From contig OW569389.1 in the NCBI GenBank assembly GCA_937625935.1, positions 186,001 to 250,000 of the forward strand: a stretch of DNA of 64,000 bases. The letters are read 5' to 3'. Below the pieces are notes generated by a model. That model ran no database searches. It was not told the origin of the DNA and saw only the letters and a program-made list of their open reading frames with translations. Below, piece after piece: positions 35,701-47,288 of the stretch; position 1 is the first letter of the stretch, and each line of letters opens with the position of its first letter. This DNA comes from Tetramitus jugosus (taxonomy: Eukaryota; Protista; Heterolobosea). The translations under genes were made by a program, and so were the position numbers.

Positions 35701-38700
35701 CAAAGTCACACACTCTAGGACCACATTTACCAATACTTGCACGTCCAGTTCTGCTCGCATTACAGTCCGAAAAGGACGACTTGGTCGTGTATGCTCTGAA
35801 GAATTTGGACATTTGGGTGAACAGTATGCGGATTGAATCATTAGAGCCAATACTGAAGCCTGTTATGCCAGATTTGCTCTATTCACTATTTTCACATTTG
35901 AAACCAGCCCCCTACGCTTATGGAAATTTGGCAATGAGAATCCTTGCCAAGTTGGGTGGTTTCAATCGCAAGTATCTCATGCAACCTTCTCTCATGAAGA
36001 TTAACGAGTATGGAGAGGATGCACTAAAAGTCAAAGTGGAGTTCCACAAGGCGCAGGAGGATGTAATGCATATTGATGTGCCACAATATTTGATGCCTGA
36101 GCCCGAAGATCTCTACTTGTCACTAGATTCGATGATTGAACTTGCACGTACAACCATCATTAGTTCCTCTTCTATTGAGTCTCGGCTCGAAGCGTTCAAT
36201 TTCTTGAACGGTTGCTTATTTTGCTTCTTGGACTTCTCTGGTGATGTATCGAGTGAATTCAATCCTCGAATTGTGGTACCAATGGCAAAGAGAACTCAAG
36301 GCAAGACAATCAATTTGTACTCGTGCAACAACTATTTTGATCCTTATAGTATCGATTCCAAATCAGATACCAGGCAAACTCAAGGCAAGAAAACAGCTGA
36401 GTGTGAGCTACTGAAATCGATACTAGTTACGATCATATCTCTCTGTCATGATGAGCAACTTAAGGATAGAGTACGGGAAAGCATGCTCGCTTTGAGTAGA
36501 CATTTTGCCTTGCTTTCGATGACCTTATCTTCTCAAACACAAAACTCATCCCATAGCTTGAATCCAGAGTTATTCTTGGATGCGATTGTGGAGGTATTTT
36601 GTGCTGAGCGATTGGATGATTGTCCTGAATCTTCTGCAGAATTAGTATTGGAGGAGTTTATTACGACTATAGATGTCATGTGCAACTACAATGATGAACT
36701 AGTGTCTCGTTTCGATGTTTGGAGAAAGTTAGTTGCAAGATTCCTTCACTGTTGTTCTCAGAAAGAATGGTACAAAAAATGTGCTGGTTGCACGGGAATA
36801 ATGAATTTGTGCCAAAATTTGCCTTTGTGTGTATTGAGAGATCACGATCTTGATTTTGTGAAGAAATTAATCTTCATTATCAAGGATTCGCCTTCTCAAA
36901 TTGAGATGTTCACGGTTGACGAAGCGAACAAAGCACTGGAGATGGTGATTCGAGTGTGCTTTTCGGGTACATTGGCACCTTCGACAACTGCACTCAGTTC
37001 TGTGGATCAGAAGAGAATTCACGATTTGACTCTTGTTCTCGTTTCTGAGTTGTCGAGTGCTCATGCTGCTGTTAGAGCCACTGTCCAATCTTTGATCAAG
37101 TTGGTATCAGAGTTGTCTCACAAGAGCATTACGGTCTTGTTAGATCCATTCAGAGGTAGTCTGAACAGTTCGATTCGTGATGACAGACTCAGTCAGCTAT
37201 CCATACATTTACAAACTGGTTTTTGTGAGGCTGTAACCTTCTTCCTTTCATTGGATCCTCCTCTTCTTCATCTCACGCCACCTATTCGGAAGATTGTAGA
37301 TAAAGCGTTGGCAATTGTGTCAGGCAAGAAGGAGGAGCAGGGCAAAGAGGCAGAGAGACGCATGGCATGTTTGCGTTTGATGAAAGAAGCGCTCAATTTT
37401 CCAGACCTGAAAGCATCAGAGCATCAGCAACTGCGTAACAAAATTATTGAGGTATTCTTTGGTTGTCTGGACTCGCCCAACAAAGAAGTAGTCGATATTG
37501 CGAAATCTGGACTAGCGGCTTTTATTCTACAGCAAAGGTTGCCAAAGGAGCTGCTCCAATCAAGTTTGAGACCAATTCTTTCAAACCTCAACAACGTTCA
37601 AAAGTTGACCCTTGATGTTTTGCGGACATTGTCTCACCTGCTTGAGCTGTGTACGAGCTACTTTAGCGTCAAACTTGGTGAACAACTGGAGGGTCACTTG
37701 AGAAAGTGGGAAGAACCATCAAAGGTGACTCATATTGCTGACAAATTCGAATCTTTACAAGTGGCTGCTCAAATTTTATCTCTCTTCTCGCTGCTCCCTC
37801 CTGATGCCAAGAAGTATCTCAAGGACCTTGTTCAGCTCACATTGCAACTCGAGAACATATGGCACGAGTATTGCACCGAGTACTCTAGTCCATTTAGAAA
37901 ACCACTTGCCAAGTTCTTGAATCAGTACCCAGAAGAAACCTTGAACTATTTCTTCCAGCCTGTCACGGAGAAGGATTCAACTGCTGAGTCTTCAAGTAAT
38001 CAAGTTGTATTGGACTCGGATGAGTCATTCAAATTGTTTATTTTTGTGCTGCTATTGAAGTCATCAGGTAGATTAAGAAGTGCTACACAGAACGCTGGAG
38101 AGTTGTTGATATCCGCACTGAATAGGAACTTGGAAGACGAACAAGCTCAACGTCACTCCTCCTTCAAAGTATTGTACATCATCAAAGTATTGTCTAAACT
38201 GAATCCAGAATGGTTGGCCAAGCCACAGAACAAACATATATTCGACCAGATGGTGACAGTTTGGAAATCAACATTTGATAACAGCAAAGCACGCAACATT
38301 GCTGTGTTTGATCAAATCGAGACCAAGAGAGTCAAGTACATGCTCCAATGTTTCATCAACTACGCTCTGCACGTACAATCTGATGTTGAGATTCCTTATC
38401 TCATGTTGAATGCCTTCTCAGATCACGTAATGATCGATTGTACATTCGTCAGTAGCTTCTTTGCTAAGGAGCTCCCTAAATATTCGGTGTCAAACAAGAA
38501 GCTTCTCTTCAAGAAGTTCATCGAGGTGTTCAACAACAAGTCTGTCTCTCTGAAGATTAAGATTCTTGGATTGCAACATATTATTATTCCTACGCTTGCA
38601 GCTACATTTGACCGAAAAGAGGGAGATGACGCAATTGATGATGAAATACTCGATGCAATTATTAAGGATATGCTTGGTATGGAGACTGTGGCCGATCATC

Positions 38701-41700
38701 TTGGTGAATCATTACGAGTGGAGCTCTTACAGTTAACTACGCTTCTCGTACAGTACTACCTACCAAAGAAGATGGTTCACTATAGAAAGCACATAATGAG
38801 GTTCACTCTCGAACATATTCACTCCTCAAAGCAAACAGAAGAAAACACAGCCACAAGACAGTGTGGTTATTTGTTGGCTGCTTACTTTATCAAAGCTTTC
38901 GAGACACCGGAAAAAATTGTCACATCAGTTTATGTTAATCTATTGAAGGCCCATCAAGTCGATGGCAAAGCTACGGTCAAACAAGCATTAGATATTCTTG
39001 TTGAGGTTCTGCCGACAAGACTGAGCAATCATAAGAACCCACCTTGGATCAGTTGGACTAAAAAGATATTGACTGATGAAGTTCACACGCAAGCACAAAT
39101 CATTCATATCTGGCAATTGTTCGTTCGTCATCCAAATGTTTTCTATCCTTTCAGAGAAAATTTCATTTCGCGAATGGTCAACTCTTTGAACAGAATTGGT
39201 GCAACAAGTAGCCCAATGGAGTACAAAAAGTTGTCTATTGACTTAGCAGAGCTTATTCTCCAGTGGGAGGAAAAACTGATCGACAGTGGTCTGTCCACCT
39301 CTCCATATGAAACCATTACGACTGAACCTGACACTCAGAAGCGAGCTATTCAAGAACTTGGGAAAGACACTTCTTGCCTCGAACCGACTGAGGAACCTGC
39401 ATCAAAGAAATCAAAGAGTGAAGATGGTGAGGCAAAAACTACCCAAGAATCTCCAAATGTTGTAATCGAGTATCGTACTCCAATGGAGGAGGTTGACCTT
39501 TTGATTAACTTTTTATCAAAGATATCCTATTGCGTGTTTGCAAACTCTAAGAATGAAGACCGAAGGAAACAAAGAGAGCTCTCTGCACGAAGTGTAGAGT
39601 TGATCAAGAGAGCCTCCAAAATATGGCCTGCTGCCAAAATTCATTATGTGAATATCGAGAAATTTATTCCTCGTGTGCTCGAATCTGCCAAACAGCAAGC
39701 GAGAGCGGAAGTTGCAGCCCTGACAAACACATTAGTTCTAATGAACTTGGCAGTAGATCACAGTATTTTGGATCTGAGCAGCTTTGCAAAGTTTGCTCCA
39801 TGCTTACCTCGTTATATGCATCTCTCCAATGAGGAAGTGTTGGATGGACTCGCCAATTTGTTTAACAAATTACTGACAGTGTATCCCTACAACTCGAACT
39901 CTCAAATGGATGTTTTCTATCACATGACGTGGACAATTTTGAAGGAGAGCATCAATGCACCTTTGAATAATATGAATATGCCAACAGATGGAATCAGTGG
40001 TGTGTTAGTGGTGCTCCAAATTATGTGCCAGCATGCCTCAGACAAGGAGAAACAGGAATTCTCTGAACCTGTGCATCGTCTCTTTGGTAAACTACTGTTC
40101 TCAGAACATATTCATACGACAGCAAGTCAATTCAAGGTCGCTCATCAGCAACAGGCTCAATCTGGCTCGAACACTGCCCAATCTAGTTCCAGACAGTTGC
40201 TCTACACAGTAACGAAGGAGAATACGACACATGTTCGTGCCATTTTGATGTGTCTTGACTTCTTATCAGATGGAGTTCATGAGCAAGTTATTCGAAAGCC
40301 ATTTTTGACATCAATGTCGAACATTATCAGCAAATCTAATCAGATCAATAGTGAAATTGTGACTCATGCGATGAAAAAACTGAAGAATTGGCTTTTGTTC
40401 AGCAATCCAACACCAGAAGTCAAACGATATGAGCTCTCTCCACCACAAAAGAAACATTTTCTTGATGCAATGGTCTCCTCAGTTCAAACCACAGCATCAC
40501 CAGAGTTCACAGAAGAATACTATTCGTTGCTGTTATCATTGTACCAAGATCAGGACCTGTTGAACAGTGATACTTCGATTGCTCAAAAGATTGAATCAAC
40601 ATTCATGTCTGGTCTAAAGTATGACTCTGCAAACACGAAAAAACTCAAGTTCATCAATGTTCTGAATCAACGACTTGGTAAAACTGTTTTCGAGAGACTC
40701 TCCTTTATCATGCAGAGTCACAGATGGGAAAGCTTGAATGACACATTCTGGATCAAGTACGCCTTGGATATTTTACTCGATTCAGTGAATGAAAATTGTG
40801 TCTTATCTCTTGAAGACTCGTTAAAAATGATGCCATTGGAAAGTGAGGACAGTGAAGACGCAAAGATGGACGATGGAGAATCAGGTACTACCTTGAAGTT
40901 CAGTGAACCAGCACAGGTAATTCTCAGAGAACATGCACGATTCATCTTGGCACACAAAGATCAGAAACTAGGATCTGTGGTTGCTCCGATACGCGATCTG
41001 GCGAGCAGAGAAGGCGTGAAGCTATCTTATGATATGTGGGTTTCACTTTTCCCTCATGCATGGAGGTCACTGACTCCTGCTGAGTCTCAGAGCTTGCAAC
41101 AACCTTTATTGACCTTGTTGGCTCGAGACTATCACTCAAAGCAATATGTGAAATATCCAAATGTGATTCAAGCACTGTTAGAAGGCATATCAAAGTGTGA
41201 GCCGAAGATTACTATATCTCCAGAGATGCTCAAGTTTTTAGGCAAATCGTTTAATGCTTGGAATATTGCTATTCCGATGATGGAGTCTGAATTACAAACG
41301 ATGATCACTAATGGCTATTTCGACGAGCGAACTGAAAGATTTTGTAATGCACTGGCAGAGTTGTACAGAGTGCTTTCTGAGGAGGATATGTTGTGTGGTG
41401 TTTGGAGCAACTATGACGTGTCTGAACACACCAAATATTTGTTCTCACTTGAGCAATTTGGATTATGGGCTGAAGCACAAGACGCTTTAAAGAATGCTTT
41501 GTTCAGTCTCCAAAAGGGAACAATTATCAATCGAAGAATGACAAACTCTGAGTTGGGAGTATGGGAGGAGCACTGGCTCGCATGCGCCAAGAAGTTACAA
41601 CAGTGGGATGAGTTAACAAAATTTGCTAAAAACTCCAACAGCAACTCCACTAGCTTGATGCTTGAATGCTATTGGAAGAACGGAAATTGGAAACAAATTA

Positions 41701-44700
41701 AGGATGTGTTTGCAAAATATCCTACCGCTGAGAATCAGATGATGAAGATTTATAACATCAGTGTGGCAATCATGGATGACAAGGACAAAGATGTTGACTA
41801 CTTCCAAAGCTCAGCACAAATCGCACTCCAGAGATGGTGTGCTCTCCCTCAATTCCTCTGCTCAACACATATTGCAATGCTTCACAACTTCCAACAGCTG
41901 TTTGAATTACAGGAATCTCACCAGTTACAAACAGATAGCATGAATTCATTTGGACCGAACGAGCTCAAATCATTCTTAAGCACTTGGAGAGATAGAATAC
42001 CGAACAAGTGGGATGATATTACTATGTGGAGCGATATCCTTACTTGGAGATGTCACTTCTTGAAGTACATGTCCAAGAAACTCGAAAGCAACAAAACAGA
42101 TCAAAAGGGAGATAAAAACGAACAAAATCGAGTGTTGTGCTTAAATGAAGCGATTTGGACACAGAACAAGCTTGCGAAGATATGTAGAAAACAAGACTTA
42201 ATTGAACCTGCATTGAAATTGCTTGGTGAATCACAAAAGCTATTGAACACGTTGAAGATTGATTCCAACGAGAGCTTTGTGCGTATTTATGAGTTGTTGA
42301 AATGTTATATGAAGGACGGAAGATTTAGTGATGCTTTGGACTTGATTGATTCTGATAGCTCATCCAAATTCAAGACGAACCAAAAGATGGACATTCTGAG
42401 ACTGAGAGGCGAGTGTTTAATGAGATTGGGACGAAGAGATGAATCGTATCAAACCTTTTCGCAAAGTATCTCGTATTTCCCTCAAGACCCACGTTACTTA
42501 TCCCTTCCATCAACTACTTTGTCCCTTGGCAAAGTTTTCTTCTCGTGGGCCAAGATGCTCGATGATGTTTTCATTCAAAATTTGAATGCTCAAGCAAGTG
42601 GAAAACCACCTGTGACAGTGAACGGTATGCAGGGCATTGATATTGCTGAACAAGCAGTTGTTTCGTACATGCAGGCATTACGCTATTCAGGAGGCGCAAC
42701 CAATCATCAACAACACCAAATTGTTGGGTGGAACTGCCGACAACATATATCAAGAATTCTTTGGTTGCTGTCATACGATGAGGATCACAGGTTGGGCAGG
42801 GTAATGGAGAAGAGTAACAATGATATTCCAGCATGGATGTGGATCCCATACACACAAAATCTATTCTCCTTATTGCTCAGAAGTGAAACCGAGGCCAAAA
42901 TTGGTAAATTGATTCTGCTATGCATCAGCAAAAAGTATCCTCAAGCCATTTACTACAACTTGAGATCTGTGTACTTTGAGCTGCGTGAAATTGTTAAACA
43001 AAGTAGTTCTCAGGACAAAACAAAGCAACCTGAAGCGGAAGCTACAGCTATTGCCTCCGCTCTTGACCCAAAGATTAGAAAACACCATGAGGACCTTATG
43101 GGTCTTGTTTTACGAATTCATCAGTCAATGGTACATGAAGTGGAAGCTATTCTCAAAGAGCTCTGCAACAAGTTAAAGCCTGAATTTGAAGAAGAAGTGC
43201 AGCGTGCTCTAGAAATTTTATTGGCAGAGTGCTACAAGCATAATATTTATGCAGACGATTCCTTCAAACTTGACGACGAAGGAGACTTCAACATGAGCAA
43301 CAGCTCCTCCATACCAGAGTACATTGCTGATATGTGCAGAACCTTCTACCGACTATGTTTTGAGAATGCAGATCAACCGAATGTCAAGATGTCACAACTA
43401 CTGAAGGATTCACAAGAAGAGATAAGAAGGGGAATTGTGCCATCAATTGATGGGCCCCAGAATTTAGTCCAACTTACTGACGGTATTAAGCACTGGCTGA
43501 GAGTTCTACAAAAGCGCGTGAACCTTCTTCCAATCAAAATTCCAATGTCTACTCTCAGTCCTTTCCTATCAGATACAAATGTAACTGAGATTGAAATTCC
43601 TGGCCAGTATGTAGAGTTCGACAAGGAACCTTATACGGAGCAACATGAAAAGATTATGTACTTCTTGACCGATGTTGACGTAGTAAGAAGAAACAAAGTT
43701 AGTTGTAGAAGTGTCAGCATGAGGAGTCAGAGTGGAAAAGTATTTAAATATCTTGTTCAATCTATTGGACCGACTGAGAACCCCAGCTATGGTCGTTCTG
43801 AGGAGAGGATGTGGGCTCTCGTGCGTCACTTTAACAAACTTTTGGAGAAAGACAAGAGTACACATAAGAAACATTTGCAAATCTATGCTCCAACAATCAT
43901 TCCTCTCTCCCAACGAATTAGACTTGTACATGAAAAGCCAATGTACTCGTCCCTCGAAGATGTTTATATCAACTTCTGTGTAAAGGAGGGCATTAATGTA
44001 GATAAGCCTATATTGGACTACTGGAGTCAAGTGAATCAAGTGTGCATGAACCATCAGAAACACATTGTACCAAGAATGGATGCGTTTAATCAGGTGGTCA
44101 AGAATATTCCTGACGACATCTTATCCAAGTTCCTCCAGAAGACGTGCTTGAGCTGGAACGAATTTTATCAATTGAGGAAGAACTTATCGACACAAGTCGG
44201 TCTCTACAACGTACTTGAATACCTATTCAATATTCAAGATCGTTCCTTGCACAAGGTGATGATTGGAAGAAACTCTGGTGAGATGTTCCAGTTTGACTTT
44301 AGACCAACCTTTGACAAAGATACTGGGCGATTAGCCAGACAACAACTACCGTTCCAATTCTCTCGAAATATGGTCAATTTTATATCTCCATTCGGTATGC
44401 AAGGGTTCCTATTGAATAGTATGTCTGTGGCTTGTCATGGCTTGTCCACCAACTCTGACCACTTGGCATCGTTGCTTCGTTTGTACATTCGTGATGAATT
44501 GGTGTCTTGGCAGAGCATATCTGGTGGTACAATGGACTCCAAATTCTCCCAAAATGAATCCTTGTTGAGAGCAACTGTTCAGAGCAACGTGGACGATCTC
44601 ATGTCCAAGATTAGGGAAATGAGTCCTCAACCTGCCACTCGTGCTCCTTCAGCAAGTGAAACCAGCGCAGAATATGCGCCACCAACCGATCCTGTCGTAC

Positions 44701-44792
44701 CATTGAATGAAAAGATTATGGAGTTGATACAGACCGCGACATCCACGGACCAGCTCTGTCTGGTTTCTCCTCCATTGCACCCATGGTTCTAA
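32787..44792 (+). CDS. TRRAP: TRRAP/Tra1 PIKK-family pseudokinase, 3 exons: 32787-32844, 32991-33232, 33354-44792
   Basis: About 3900 aa; DNEDNA, ETLRPLAYNMVADLIH, RILAKLGGFNRK, LPKELLQSSLRPIL, FAT and PI3K-like domains (EIEIPGQY, EERM), FATC ...LHPWF; introns 32845-32990 and 33233-33353 restore the frame. Confidence 0.95.
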
Positions 44793-44865
44793 TTTTTGAG
44801 CTCTTCACAAATGTCCTCAAGGGCAAACAAAGTAAAACTTTATTTAACAACAAACGAGCTCATTC

Positions 44866-45309
44866 ATGAAGCTGCCAGCTTTGCCTTCTTATTCAGATAA
44901 GCTTCAGAAGATACTCTATGATGACAATATTCGGTCTCCCGTTACCCCACCACCAAAAATACATCTTCCCTCTCTTCAAGCGAGGAGCAAGTCCGTTCCC
45001 AATAGTATGAAGTACAGTTACGATCCGAAAACATCCACAAATTCTTCCTCTGTAACATCCATACGCAATGTTGATCACGAACTTGGTTACCATGCACCAT
45101 CAAGCACCAAGAAGGTCAAGTTTTCTATGGAAGAGAGACAACTCCCACCTCTGCAGAGAAACAAATCCATGACCAATCTGATCAAGTACCAGCAACTAAA
45201 GAAGCAAAATGATAGACGACGAATGGAGCTGGATGAGCTCCAGTTCCAATTAGCTATTTCTGAGTCACGAAACAACTTCAACAAAATTAGAGATGTCGCG
45301 CAATCGTAG
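44866..45309 (+). CDS. Hypothetical basic 147-aa protein
   Basis: ATG-initiated ORF filling the gap, three LPxL motifs, C-terminal coiled coil. Confidence 0.6.
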   Translation: MKLPALPSYSDKLQKILYDDNIRSPVTPPPKIHLPSLQARSKSVPNSMKYSYDPKTSTNSSSVTSIRNVDHELGYHAPSSTKKVKFSMEERQLPPLQRNKSMTNLIKYQQLKKQNDRRRMELDELQFQLAISESRNNFNKIRDVAQS

Positions 45310-45594
45310 TTGAATCGTTAATGGATCGCCTATTTTTAACTTGTGTGAATTTCCATCTCGAATTCTCACTTTCTATTGTGAAATGTAAGTCACTTCTCCT
45401 TCATAATGGTGATGGCCGCAGACGCACGCAATTTTTAGTCCAAGTATAGTCCTGTTAAGAACTCGAGTAAGATGTGCACTCAAGCTTCATCTGGTCCAGA
45501 TTAAGCAGCAAACAGCATAACAACAACAAACCAATTCAAACAACAGAGATAACATACTCACCACAAGAACTACATTAGGATAATAATTAAAAAC

Positions 45595-45801
45595 ATGAAT
45601 TTGTACTTTGCTTCATCCATCGCATTAGTTAGCTTGGGCTACATTGAATTGCGCTCCATCAACGAAAATCAAAACAAGGCCATGCAAAACAATATCAGCA
45701 ATAGCAATATCCGGCCGAGATCTCCGTCGTCGTGTTCATCTATGCCTAGAATCCACCGACAACCAGACATGCCACAAATTCGGCCAAACCAAGAGTTCTA
45801 A
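45595..45801 (+). CDS. Candidate 68-aa microprotein with hydrophobic N-terminus
   Basis: AAAAC-ATG context, CA-rich leader like other 5' UTRs in this window, AT-rich trailer. Confidence 0.35.
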   Translation: MNLYFASSIALVSLGYIELRSINENQNKAMQNNISNSNIRPRSPSSCSSMPRIHRQPDMPQIRPNQEF

Positions 45802-46007
45802 GTTTGTTTTTTGTCGCTTAACAGATGTGTATCAATTGATGATGCCAACTGTTCAGTTAAGAACTGAATATGCCCTCTTAAGAATGTAAATATGTACAGG
45901 AAAGAATAATCAGAAACAAAGTTTTTGTTTGACCACTATTGAATAGAAATAGTCATTTATTTCTCTCTTTCAATAAAGAAAACAAGATTTGTGTGTAAAA
46001 CACTACT

Positions 46008-46970
46008 CTAAAGTACATTTGCGTATTCGCTATTGTTGCTACTCAGATTGAGTTGCTGTTGCTGTTGCTGTTGTTGTGGGTTGTTTGTTTGGTTGCCATT
46101 TCTAATCTCCTTCACACGTTCAACCAATTGCGGCAAGATGACACCAGATGGCCCCTTCAAAAAATTGTAATTGTTAAGTTCGCTAAAAGATGTTGGCTCC
46201 AAATTGACTTCAATCAATTGCGCATTGCGTCTGGAGGCAAGTTCTGGCAGACCAGCAGCAGGATACACCTTTGCTGATGTTCCTACAATGATCAAAACGT
46301 CATCACTTCTCAATTTCTGTACCGCGCCGACAGAAGACGACCATTGATTCTCTGGCAGACTTTCTCCAAACAGGACAGCATCTGGCCTCATTGTACTCGA
46401 ACATCCCTCGACTTGACACTTGGGAGATGTTGTTGGCAAATCAATCAACAATCCATCATCAACAACAGCAGCGGCAGCAGCATCAGTTACTGATGATTCT
46501 GCCGACTGTGTAGGTGGTGTGTAAATGTGACCGTGAGCCAAGCATCGATGTCGTCTCACTGTTCCATGCACCTCAAACACACTGTCCTCAGCATTACCTG
46601 CTCTCTGATGTAATCCATCGACATTCTGTGTCACAATGCTCAACTTGTCTCCAAACACCTCTGTTTGTAGCTGTGCCAGTGCATAATGACCGGGATTTGG
46701 TCTTGCATGAGCAATTTCAGTATAGAAACGCTTAATGTACATGCTCCACGTAATACCAGGAGTCATCTTCCATCCCATTGGAGTTCCAAAGTAACCCATG
46801 ACTGCATAGCCCAATAATCCGCTCCATAGACCGCCTCCGCCTCGGAAGGTTCCAATTCCAGATTCAGCCGACATGCCAGCACCAGTGAAGAGTACGACAC
46901 GATTGGCTTTGGCCACGAGTTGTGCACACTTTTCCATTTGTTGTTGATCAATTGGTTGTTGTGGATCCAT
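46008..46970 (-). CDS. NAD-dependent deacylase, sirtuin class III (SIRT5/CobB-like)
   Basis: GAGMSAESGIGTFRG, YxxR (YIKR), PNPGH, TQNVDGLHQRAG, EVHG, RPDAVLFGE, GTSAKVYPAA. Confidence 0.9.
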   Translation of the reverse strand: MDPQQPIDQQQMEKCAQLVAKANRVVLFTGAGMSAESGIGTFRGGGGLWSGLLGYAVMGYFGTPMGWKMTPGITWSMYIKRFYTEIAHARPNPGHYALAQLQTEVFGDKLSIVTQNVDGLHQRAGNAEDSVFEVHGTVRRHRCLAHGHIYTPPTQSAESSVTDAAAAAVVDDGLLIDLPTTSPKCQVEGCSSTMRPDAVLFGESLPENQWSSSVGAVQKLRSDDVLIIVGTSAKVYPAAGLPELASRRNAQLIEVNLEPTSFSELNNYNFLKGPSGVILPQLVERVKEIRNGNQTNNPQQQQQQQQLNLSSNNSEYANVL

Positions 46971-47288
46971 TTGTGAAGTTGATTCAGGTTGCTTTACGCT
47001 CTTGGGGATCAACTTTTGTTTAGCCAAAAAAATTCTGTTCTTCTTGTTGAGTTCACTGGAACTTCCCGAGTCAACACGTATCCGATTATTGTATCCATTC
47101 AATCATTGATCACGTGTAGCTTTAACTTCTCTCAGGTGAGGAATCACCACAAGACTACCGGGTAGTGTCTTCCAAGCAGAAAACAACATGGACGGAATAA
47201 AAGCAAAAACACCGACATGTTCAGAAAACGAACCCAAAAAAAACAAGCACAATAACTAACACCATAAGCCGATTCAAACACAAAAGAG

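Noticed and set aside
45415-45460. AAGTATAGTCC resembling a group I intron S element
   Set aside because: No matching R/P7 partner or P3-P9 core
47101-47175. CACGTG, GGTGA-GGAA-TCACC and a second small hairpin in the sirtuin/VPS15 promoter
   Set aside because: Stems of 5-6 bp are expected by chance; no further support
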